Positions 26,046-38,300 of a DNA stretch of 64,000 nt are shown here, in pieces. The DNA comes from Isurus oxyrinchus (taxonomy: Eukaryota). The DNA is taken from the NCBI GenBank assembly GCA_026770705.1, contig JANJGN010000022.1, forward strand, positions 19,468,001-19,532,000, given 5' to 3'. Positions within the stretch are counted from its first letter, which is position 1. Each line of letters begins with the position of its first letter. Position numbers and translations under genes: made by a program. A model generated the notes under the pieces. The model was given only the letters and a program-made list of their open reading frames with translations, was not told where the DNA came from and did no database searches.

Positions 26046-29000
26046 ATAAGCCTTGTGCACAAGGAGTGGAGTTTCTTCATGCTCGCCTCATTCTGAAGAT
26101 GACCATATAAATGAAGCGTGTCCCTCAACATCAGGGCCTTAACATCGGAAAGGTCAAGGAGTAGAAAATGCGTCTACGCCCATCGAAATTCCCCTCCCTT
26201 CAGAGCCCAGTTCTCCCCAACTTTATATCAAAGCGTTTTTTTTAAAGTAATTGTCAGACAATTGGAACCAATACTGTCAGTTATAACCTATGGTTCACAG
26301 AGCATATTATGTCTGTTCCCAGACACATTTTAATAATCATGTCTATCGCTAATCTTTTAATTAAAACAAATGCACAGCAGAAACCATTTGTTGAAGAAAA
26401 TTAGCATTGTATCTCTCTGCCTAATTGCCCAATGTGTTGTGCATCATGTATTATTTTTACAATCAGAACTGGGCATTTATTGATTTGTAATCAATATCTT
26501 TTAAATCCTAATCATGGACTTTATTCCCCGTGATGTGTCATTGATGCACATACACACGTTAAATGCGAGTGATTTTTTTTCTCTCTGATTTACACTTTTC
26601 ATTTTTATTTGTGTGATTTGGGTCCTTTAGCTATTTAATGTTGTTGACAAATGTCAAATATCCATCCTTCCAACAACTGTATTAATCAAGCGTATAGATT
26701 ATGATTTACAAGGAGCACGTCGAGAGAGCGAGGGAACAAAAGACTCAGGTATCAGTAACTGTCTGCCAGGAAATGATTGTTGATTGCAAACGGAGAAGAG
26801 TTTTGTTTTTAAGGTCAAACCGCTGAACCACAGAGAGGGGCAGGTGGCTCACTGTATGAACAGTGTTAGTAATATTAGAGAACACGTACGTGAACTCTGA
26901 GGACTGGGGGTCGAAAATGCAGGAAGCTGTTAGATCCATATTTGGCGATCAAGGTGGCACGACTGTCTGAAAGGACTGAGGGCTGAATTTGAGGATTAAG
27001 GTCTGTAAACTTCAGCATTTCCAGAAGAATTTGCTGCACTATTGATTGGTTGCAACATGGCCATGAACTAAGCAACAAACCGAGCTAGTGGTAGGTTGCT
27101 ATAGCACCTATCTCTCATTGATTTATTGAAGACCTCTCTTCTGTCGATTTCAATGCTAATAAAATGACAGTGGTTTACTTGAACAAAAGGGTACCCCTCG
27201 CTAGATTAATGCAAGAGAAACGATATTTCCAATCATCATGGCGTACTGTGTTGTTAGGTAATTGGATTTCTGAGCAAAGCCGATTTCTATGGCAGAGGCG
27301 TCCAACACAAACACCATTTCCATTTATTGGGAATCGCAACATTTGTCCATCTGCGACTTTCCATTCACTCTTACGTGTCTTCCGTGAATGGTCACTTAAC
27401 TGACCCCAGGGAGGACGGTTTGACCGGTGATCGGCTGAGAACCGAGCTGGACCGAGCTGAAGATTAGTCACTGAGTTCCCTCAGATCACAGGACACAAAA
27501 TAAATTCAAGTCATTTGGATTCAAATCCAGCAGTTGTCCCGGAGTGTTCTCACCCACTGCACTGCTCCATCCCCTTGAAGTCTTTTTTGAAGATGTCGAG
27601 TGGATGAGTGTCGATCCACGTTAAAGGAGGCAACGATGCATCAAACTCAATTACTAAAAATCAGTTTCGAGGTTCTTTCAAAACTAGACAGCAGTGGAAC
27701 CTATATGCACCATCAAGAATTCTAACACACGCAACCATAAGTATGGAATGTAAAGAGCTTCATTGGATCTTTAGTGTATTTGAGTCCAATGCTGTTAAAA
27801 ATATAGGGAAGGGGAATTGAAACCAACCCCTTGCAGATGCAGCCATCGTATCATTGGCTCACCACTTAATCGCCCATTCACCCAGGAAAGAAAAAAAAAC
27901 TGAGGCTAGTTTACGAAAAAGAGAGAAATTCCTTTCCTACTCTTAGGGCAGTGAAATAAAGCTGCGGAGACCCACGATTGCTCCTTCTTGTCACCATAAC
28001 TAACTACCTCACCTCTTAGAACTGATAGTATCTTTTGCAGTATATTATTGGGCTGATGGTCTTTTGGTCTAATGAAATATGAATGTTAGCATTCTTGTTA
28101 GACTTGGGTCGTACACAGAACCTGGAACGAAAGTATTGTTCCAGCCCTTTATGTGAAAGCATTGGAGTTTTGCTGGAGAAATCAATGAGTGGCAGGTCAA
28201 TTGACCGAGTGGGAGGGGGGCGGGGGTGGTGTATACTGTATCAGTTCCAACTGAAACCCGCATTACGAACATTCAAAATACATGAATGTTTTGCCTTTTC
28301 TGAATTATCAACTCGTCTTCTTGACAGGCTCTAGGTTACAATTTGCATATGTTAACGTACAAAGCATCTACGCACATACCGTTAATGATCAAATGAAATA
28401 CAAGTGCTCAGAAAATGGCGGTTTCTATATTGGCTGTTTTGCTGTCTCTCTGTTAGTTCTCTAATGGAGTAGCTTTCTGGAGAGGGAGTGAAAAAATTGA
28501 TGCCTAGACATTATATTTTGATATGGACACCGGTGCATTTGAAATTACGTATGACTACTTACTTAAATATATAAAAATGTATCAAATGAAAGATTCACTC
28601 GAGACTTCACGTGCCTCATTCATTTGATTTTAAATCGTACATTGTTGATTTATCCCATTGTGGAAACGAGGGCTGCTCTATAGGTCTGGAAATGACTTGA
28701 AATTAACCCCTTATGACTCGCTTTCCATAAACTTTCATATGAATAAACGGTTGAATTAATCGAGCAACTGGAAAGCACATTCGCTGCCGTGTGTCTTAGC
28801 CATCTTGGAAAGCTTCATGCATCATTGGAACTGGTAAAATGACCCATATTTGTCATATGATGACACACTGATTGCTCAGGCCAGCAATTGCTACTAAAAT
28901 GTTATTTTTACACTGGAATTCTTCGACGCTGAATAGTGTCATTAAATAGTTCGCAAGAGGTTGCCAAAGGTTGGTAGCCCTGTATAATGTCGGATTTTGG

Positions 29001-32000
29001 ACTCCCCGTTATAAAATGGGTATGAAAAACCCATTGGTAAAATGATTGTTTTTAAGAACGTCTTGCCCACAAAAAGCCACGTTTCAGTCAAAGATTGTCA
29101 CCTATTTTCTGTCAACAGGTTATTGTACTTTTTGGTGTGTTTTCAAATCAGCTTGAATTCCAATACTCGGTACTTACACATCCTCTACTCAGCGCCCCGC
29201 CCTACGTGTAATCGGTACCTCCTTTTCTTATTACGGTACCTTATCAAATAGTACTGCCATTGAACTCGGCGACCTGACATCATTAAGGTCGAGTAATTTT
29301 AATGATAGTTTATGAATGGGTTTTCACATCGAACCGATGGACCCTTTAAATGGTGACATTAAATGCTTTGAAATTGGCTTGACGGCTGAAACCCTGCTTA
29401 CTGGAAAGAAGAACCGGAGATTCCCCCTTCCCCAAGAACTCATTTCCCTCCTTCACTGGTTGATCCATTGGTATTGTCTGCGAGAAAGCATGATAGGAAG
29501 GTTATATTGTGACACCTAAAAGAGATTACGGTGTTTTTCTCTCTCCCCGTAATTTGGGAATTGGTATTTGTCGGCTGAATGACCCACTAACTAACTAAAC
29601 AAACAGCAAGTCCAACATAAATCATTCCAACAAACAACTGTAACAATTTGACCCAAGCACCTGAAAAAAATCAGTCAGATTCTAATTGTTTTGGGTTAGG
29701 CATCATGAGTATTGTCCTTTACTACTTCCATCAGGCATATTAACAATTATCTAAAATAATATTTTCGGGATAACATTGGGCAGCTGATGAACAAAGTTCC
29801 GACTGAACTTCGAATGTGAGCATGTATGCACATGAACCTTTACAATGGGAGGAAGATTATGAAGTTCCAGATACTCTACAGCGAATACATTACAGAAAAT
29901 TCTATTTTTTTAAAGTGCTCTATGATGGACATTTGTCCACGTCCTAAAGGTTAAATGAGAACATTGGAGATCCAATCACACTATGTAAAATCCATGCAAA
30001 ATCTTGCTCCCAGCTAGACCTCTAGAATTTCAACTTCTGAAAAATGCTCACAATTGATGTGTTCACTTACACAATAGTTGCCATCTTTCATTACATGGTG
30101 CAAAAGTGGTAAAATTGACTGGAATGTGCACTTGATGTGTGATTTTTTTACGGTAGGCGGTAAGATGGCCAATATCGTAGATCTTCTGTTGGTCAGTGAC
30201 GAGTTGAATGCTGTGAAATTTCCATTAAAAATCTTACATATTTCATTATAAAGATTACCCAGAAGCATAGATATTTTGTAATACTAGTGATTGCATATAG
30301 AACCACATGTCACATAGCTTCAAATTAATTTAATCCTCAGATATGGCAATCCATAGTCACCAGTTGCAACTTGAAGCAATGCAATTCTTTACACTGTAAG
30401 GGCTTGAAAGTCTACAAGGGCTGTCATCTGATGATACACAATGGTGAATTTATCAGAACTACTGCCTTCCAGGAATACAGTTTGCATTTGCTTGTCTTCA
30501 AACATCCTTGTCCAATGTTACAATTTGGACTAGTGAACAATAGTGGAACTACCAGAATAAATAATTTGGAATTTAATGGTATTTGGATCCTTAAACATTC
30601 CTGAGGAAACGTGCACACCCCATGCCAAAGCTGTTGCACCTCAGGGCATTGCTAATGCAGATGGAAAAACATACCATCTGTTTTATCATAATGACTGAAA
30701 CTGGGCAACTGCTTAATTTCCATTCTGCAAAGCTATCTTTAACAGTTCAAGTTCTCCATGTACAGAGGCAATAGTTGCATTGTCACATAATGATAAGAGC
30801 ACAAATGATCTCTTAAAGCATTTAATTGTTCCTTCTATGTACATGGAAAACATTGCTTAGAATATTTTTTAAAATGCAGACAAAATGCCATTAATTGGTG
30901 AATTATATGATGAATTGGCGCTCAAACATACAGGGTAGAGGAATATGCTGCTCAATGACTTGAGCCAGGAAGTTTCTTTGACTGGGGAATGAATTTGGAT
31001 CCATACAGGAAAAATCATTGTGAAAATGCCAGCATCCACTGTATATAGTGTGGATGCTGGTATTTTCCAGTTGGTAAGTTTGCGTAATGGTGGCAACCCT
31101 TTGCTATGCAATGTTGTGCCAGATGCCATTATCTTCCCTATTGTCACTATGGTTTCACCAGTTTGAGGGCATCATTTTTAGAGTGACACATTGATGTGGG
31201 AATTAATCTGTGAGTTCATAACCGGGAACTTGGAATTCATGATTTTATTTTAATGCATAGGCATTTACAAGCTGAAGAAAGAATGAAAATGGATCAAAAA
31301 CTTCTATAATGTGTTTGAAATTGCTAGTAATCCTAAACTCCTTTAAAATGTGGGCAAATAGTTTGTCATTGAGATTTAAAGAAAGCTGGTCTCTGTCAGT
31401 TCTCTTGAAAAACATTGTCAACATGGCTTCTAGCAGAATGATGGCAATTTTTTCAGCCTGTTTTTTGATCAGTTCATGGGTCAATAAATACAATGAAGGA
31501 ATGTTCAAATACATCCAAGAAACATTATATTGTTCATAGGTCAAAATTCCGGTTAACTATTGGAACTGATCCTCCTTATTTTTTGAAATAAAGTAAATAA
31601 AATAAGTGGTTATTTAAGGAAGAATTTCCATGCTTCTTGAAATGTCCAACTTTAAATATTGCAATTCAATATTATGGTGTGATGATGGAAAAATTGAATT
31701 AAGCCATGCCATAGTTGCAATCATTAGCAAATTTACATAATAATAAAAATGTTATCAAGGTATGAGGTACAATTAACATATTTTAGTATTTAAGATACCA
31801 ATAAGTATTGCCTGGGCCAATGACAAAAACTTTGTTGAAATTCTGATAAATTAGTGGATGCTAGCTGATGAAGTTGAAAAGTATAGTTAAAATAAAGTCC
31901 AGCAGAAATATTCTTTTTTTAACATTACTTTGTTGGGTTGGCACATGCTTCAAATTAAATATTCTATCTTTATTTCCTTGGGGAGCAACCATTTTTTTGT

Positions 32001-34699
32001 TGTATTGCCAAAGAATGTCAGGTATTCAAAAACTAAATCACCTATTTTGCTTATAAGTCATTAAATTAGTACCTCAATTATTACTTTACATAAATTAAGC
32101 AACTGACATGCTCTGGACATCCTATTTCATGCCCTTCTTAGTAGATAATCAGAAAGTTAGTAGATTTTAACAGGAAAGAGAAACTTCAAGATTGATGGAA
32201 AGCAAATCACAGAAAGATATAGAAACACAGGGCATCAATTTAGAAGAACTACAATATTTCACATGGATTGTGACATTTTCTGTTGATCAGGAATCTTCTG
32301 ATCCAATTCTATAGAAGGTTTTGCAACCTTGGATCCATGTTATTTTAGCACCATAAACAATGCAGGAGCTGCACATTACTAAGATGAAATGATGCATACA
32401 TGCTTTGCCAAGTATAAGTTTATAAGAAAACATTTTCAATCCAACATATTTAAGCTTGAGAACAATGCTGAAAAGGCTTACTCCAAATGTTATGGTTCCA
32501 CATTCAACCCTACTGACACATTATTGTTTTAGATTAACCTTCATTCTCAATATCCCTACATCAAATGTGTTGAAGATAAAAGTTCTGAATTGTATCCTTG
32601 TTTATGACCTAGAAATGGTCCACTCAGCATAATACATGTAAATTAATGTTAAGAAAGGGGAATATTTTTGTTTCCTCATTTCTAATGCAAAGATATATGT
32701 GCCTACAACAAAGATAGGTTAATATCAGGGTTGTGGACCCAAAATGCTGGCTCATTATTATCAGTAATTTAAAATGACATCATATGGATTATATTTATGT
32801 CAGAGCAAGTACTTACCTGTGTCATGTAACTGTCATGAGAAGAAAAGGATTATCTGATTTGGAATGAGTCAACGTTTATTTATGAGTAGTCAGACTATGT
32901 TTACAATATCTCTGGCAAGTTTGAATATTGTGTAATAAATGCAACAAAGCCAAATTACACTGAAATTATACTGAAGCATACTAGTCCTCAGTTCTTTGTG
33001 TAAGGTGGATAACAGCAAGAAATATTTCAATGAGATGTAAACATACATTAATAAGTATCAACCAAATAATTCATTTACTGACCTAAATACTAGCATATCT
33101 ACCAATAATAAAAACAATTAATTCAAAACCTTTTGTATTCCTGGGCCTCTGCATTATTCTGGTGCTAGAAATTGTTGACCATTTGTGGTATTTTGCTTGC
33201 AGTGCGTATTATTTGTGTTCACCATTTTATTCTGTTTCTAAAAATTGTATGCAAACTTCATATTTTGGTCGCAAACCTTTTAGACTGGTGACTCCATTTT
33301 CCTCCTCAGGGTCAATAGTAACACGCCACAAGGAGACGAGCTATTATTACAGTAACGGCATGTGTGAGTAGGTGCGTTGACTGGGTTTATCTGAATGCAG
33401 AAATCCAATAATATCAAACAGTAGGTCGAGTCAAGGAGAAGATTTCAAGACAAGGACATGATATACTTTAGATGATTACAATAGAACTCACAAGATGCAA
33501 TCTTCTCTTAGCCAATTAGCCACGTGTTAATCGTGGTGACGGCTACCTTTCCCATCATCACACAAAATAACCGTTTTTTCCCCAAGTCACCCATTACGTG
33601 GACAATTTCCTATTCGGTTTAGAAGTGGGCACCAGAATGGATGGTTATTCCATTTGTCTGTTCTCTTTTAAATGCGTATAAATATTGCGATTAAGTGCTG
33701 CAATCAATAGAAAGTATTTTTAATCATTAAAGCATACGGGTTTGCAACAATAGTTACACATTTCGTGCGTGGCCAATATCCTAATATGGGCATTCTGTGT
33801 CAGTCGCATTTTGAGTGTTGATAAATATGAGTCGAGAGCAATGGGGAGGGGGATGGGATAAGCTGCGCTTTTTCAGCGACTAGGTTGCCTCTCCCAAGCG
33901 GTTTGCCTGAAATCCTTCAATTTCGAATCTGTGCCAATGGATTTCTTTCATTTTAGCTTTGCAGTTTCGAAAATCAACGCTCGGAGAGATGGACATCTTG
34001 GAAGTTGCGTTAATATCAGAAGAGTTGCCCTCAATCAACCATTCGAACTTAATACCTATACAAGGCTTCTGTTTACCTTTTGTAACTAATTGTACAGCGA
34101 TTGTAAAAAAAACAATCGATACACATTGATTGATGATTCTCATATTTTACTTATGTTGGATGAAACATAAGACTGCAGACAGGAAAGCAAAACTTGTTAC
34201 CCCGGTATTGTGTCCTGTAGGCTTCCCTATGTTGAATACTGAATACTGCCAGAGTTACAGCTTGAAATTGGCAATGCCCTACCAGGAGGAGCCATGGTTG
34301 CTCTTTGAATGAGGAAGAGTATTGTGTGCTCGTTTCAAAGGTTCTATCATGTAAGACTCCACCATAGTGGATAGCACTAAATTACAAGCCACTGAGACAA
34401 ATGAAACATTGACTAACATGATACCACAGTTATAATCATCAATATTGCCATGACCGTGCATCATATCTGCTCAATGTGAGGAGGGGGTGGGGTTACTCAC
34501 GGTGCATTTTACAAAATGTACGGACAATAAAGGGCGATTGTAGCAGTATTAGTTTATCTGGTAGCAGGTAAAATGAAATGAAATAGTGACGCGCTTTGAT
34601 GCATGTCAGAAACGAAGCAGGTTTCTCAAAGAACGCAAGACATTGCTAGCCCGATGCATAGCCAATTAGAAGAGGACACGAAAGACATTTGCACATCGC

Positions 34700-35248
34700 A
34701 GTGGAACAAAACTGAGAGCCTGGGGAATTACATTGTTTAGATGCGAGAGAACAGTCGCAATCAGAAGAGAAAGGGGAGCGGGAGGGGAAAGCGCGATTTT
34801 CTGGTTTTCATTTTCATGTCGCTCTTTCTTAATTTGGAAAAATATAATTTATCTTTCTGCTATTACCACACAAGGCTGCGTCTTGCCCGTATTTGGTGCT
34901 GTAGTTAGATTCTCCGACCTCAGGCGGGGCTGGGCTGATTGACAGTTCCAGCTCCTGACGCCACAGCGTTGTGTTGCTGCGCTTATGCGTTGCCGGCTCT
35001 GCAGCAGAGAGAGAGAGAGAGTGAGCGAGAGAGGGAGAGAGAGAGCGATCTGTGACCACGGAGTCTAGATCCAAGGGGACAGAAAAAGCCCGCTCGGAAA
35101 GGGTGCCTCCCCCACCACTCCCGGCCGCTCACAAAAAAAAGAGTAGCAGAAGAAAAGCCGAAGCTCCCCACAGGAGGAGTGCTCCCGGGCGAAGCGATCT
35201 GCAGTTAGCAGAAGGTCAAGCGGCGTCCGTCCAGCTCCTCGCATCGTT
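34700..35248 (+). promoter_or_regulatory. CBX4 CpG-rich promoter and 5' UTR
   Basis: CpG-dense; GC box GGCGGGG near 34923, TGATTGACAG at 34936-34945, TGACG half-CRE near 34956, (GA)n tract near 35006-35045. Confidence 0.65.
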
Positions 35249-35317
35249 ATGGAGTTGCCAGCAGCAGGGGAGCACGTCTTTGCCGTGGAGAGCATCGAGA
35301 AAAAACGGTTCAGGAAG
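35249..35317 (+). CDS. CBX4: CBX4 coding exon 1 (MELPAAGEHVFAVESIEKKRFRK)
   Basis: ATG at 35249, 69 nt, donor AAG|gtaatg. Confidence 0.95.
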
Positions 35318-38300
35318 GTAATGTGACCAGCTCCAGCTCACCTCCCCACTAATTCCGCCACGTTATTGATCAGTAACAGTGCTGTCTCTGCTTTTCAATG
35401 ACGAACGCTGTCTTTATTTCTCCACAGGGGAGAGTGGAATACCTGGTGAAATGGAGGGGATGGTCTCCCAAGTGAGTCCCATTTTTGTATGTTTTTTTTT
35501 AGGTAAACTACAGTGTCTGAGTGTGTGCATAGTGGAAGGATCTTGTGGAACCCAGTAATTTCCCTCCTGACAAATGCCACCAGTGAATTGTTAGTAGATA
35601 ACCAATGTAACACACACACAAAAAAAAATGGCCAATGAGAGTCCTGGAATGTCTTAATGGACTGAGAAAGATATGATAGTGTGTGAATGGAGTGAAAATG
35701 GCCTCCCTTGCACACTGCTTGAATGGCAGCACTAGTTCGTTTTAATTTTCCGCTGGTGTGTTTTAAGAGATTTTAAGTGGATTGCTGATGTCTTCTCCGT
35801 AGATACAACACGTGGGAGCCAGAGGAGAACATCCTGGACCCTCGGCTGCTCCTGGCTTTCCAGCACAGGTAAAGGAAAAGGGGGAGGGGAGGGGGAGCAG
35901 GAGGACCTCTGCCACTAGCCTGTACACACACATATTCTTTGGTTTTAGTGTGTCATATATATATATATATATATATAAGCAGGAGTAAAAGATGAGAGCT
36001 CGCGAAAGTAGAGGGGCTGCACAGTTTCGTAATTAAACCAGAATAGAACACTGCAGTGTTTCGGTGCAGATGTGGTTGAGTAGCTGGAACCCATACTAGG
36101 AGCGATTTAGCAAAAGCAAATCCACAGTGAAATATGTCAAGTTACGATACCCTTACTGTCAGGGGGAAGGGGAGAGAGATCAATAATCAGCTGGTAGCGT
36201 TACAGTTCCAAACGCGAGTATGTTTCCTATCATTGCTGGAGTTCAATTGGTGCAAGAAATTTTTTTTAAAAAATGATGAAAATACTTAAGACCGAATAAA
36301 AGCAGGGATATAAAAGTTTTTTTTAAAAAAATTGCTTTAAACCACTACTGCAATTGTGATGTAACTGCTGGTGCGATGTTCCAGATCGTAGCTAGATGGT
36401 GCATTTATCTCCGAAGTGAGACTCGTGTGGGGAGGTTCTAGGCTGACAGATCACAGAACGTCCTTCTAACCATTTAGAATGTTCCTGTTTCTAATGGCCT
36501 CTCCACACTTCTGCTCCCCGATGCACCTGCTGATGCGCAAGTATCATTTTAAAGGGGCAATGCTTGTTGTACCTAGCGCTGCAAGCTGAAAAAAATGGAA
36601 AGGACACGCTGGGTCACGTATCCCTTTTAATTAGTTACGCGATAATCGATCTGACTGGTGAGTAGCTCACGGGGTTGCCATAGCTGCATGCAATCATGTG
36701 AATAAATATAGTGGAACCACGCAGCGTGAAACAGGGTGGGAGGAACAAAAAGTTGCTTATAATTAGACCTTCGTGAAACAGGGATAATTGGACAAGTTAC
36801 GAAGTCAGTAACGCGTTATTTTTAAAAGGCGTTTATATATTTGCATATAGGCGAAGGTGACTGCATTATCTTCGTTTAAATTTCATTAAAGAGACACAGC
36901 AAGACACGGAGAGGCCCAGCGATTGAAACTGCAGTATCCCCTTTCTACCTGCAGCTAGTTACAAGTCAGTTGCAATTATCCAAAATCAGCTAACCAATAA
37001 CTTCTGCATATTTTGAGTGAGTTGCAGGAGCACACCAGTGAACATATAAACCCAGTAAAATCCCCATACTTTGTGTAAAAAGCAACTTTAATAATAAATG
37101 CACTTTTTCAATGTAATAATTGCCAGAGTATCACCTGTGTTTGATATGTTGGACTGGAGGCCTTTTTATAGTGGTGAGAATGCAATGGCCTGATTTCACT
37201 TAATTCAACAGTGCAATTTCACACCGAGAGATTTAATACAAAGCATTGTCGCCATATGCAGAAAAAACAATTATCAAAAACAATGATGCATGTTCAATGG
37301 TTTAATTGCATACTTACTTAAATTCATTTAACAACATGAATAGTTTGAAAGGTCACAAAAATATTTGTGAGCTATACAAGGGAGCCAAAGAGAGAAGGCG
37401 TGAGCTGTTCCCTTGGCTCATAGTTCATATTAGGTACTTTTTTTTGGCTACTTTACAACAAAACAACAAATATTAGCAAACTGCTGGGAATTATTAAATG
37501 GCTCTTACTTTTGGGGTTCATTTGCTCACATTTTGACTGCTCATTGCTGTGTTGCTCTGTCACTCTAAGTAGCTCGAACATTAAATTGGACATCAAGTGA
37601 ACTATCAGAATGTACTTCCATGTACTTCAGGGGGATTTAGAATTAATATTCCATTTGTGTATGCAAAATTTGAAAATTAGTACAGAAAAACATAACAAAC
37701 TGGAATATGGCCACTGAAAAGCAATGTTCACTGAGAATGCCATCTCACTAAAGGTTTATAAAGCATTAATATTGTTATAGCCTATATGTAGACTGTTTAA
37801 TTTTCATATAAATTACTTTAATAAAGAAGACTGGATATAAATTAAGTCAGAATTAAAATTTATCCTTTTAAATAAGGATATTTATTATATTCCTCCCCCC
37901 CAAAAAATAAAATGGAAAACTTTACTGTGCGACATCTTATCATTGCAGTGGTATGTGACAATCTAATCACTCAGTTGGCAATGCAAATGTAAACATTTAA
38001 TTAAAAATTTTAGAGCACTTAGTGACTGTTTAAATTAAAAGTACTTTTTTTATCATATTAGGGTGTTACAGGTTACATACCAAAGATTGCAGGTCATTAT
38101 GAGAGGGGGGGGGAGAATAGAAAACATTTCTTAAAATGATCAGTAATTTCATTATTACAAGTGACTATAGTGCTAACCTTGTTTTACATATGACTGCAGG
38201 GAAAGACAAGAGCAGTCAATGGGCTATCGTAAGCGAGGACCCAAGCCCAAACACCTACTGGTTCAGGTAATATCATCTGTTTAATGATTATTTGTTTGTG

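Noticed and set aside
30405-30450. LQGLSSDD resembling the SDD motif C of segmented negative-strand RNA virus polymerases
   Set aside because: No motif A, B or D at suitable spacing, and too short to support an EVE call alone
35052-35321. 89-aa ORF overlapping the CBX4 start
   Set aside because: GTG start in a GC-rich 5' UTR, out of frame with the chromodomain, no homology
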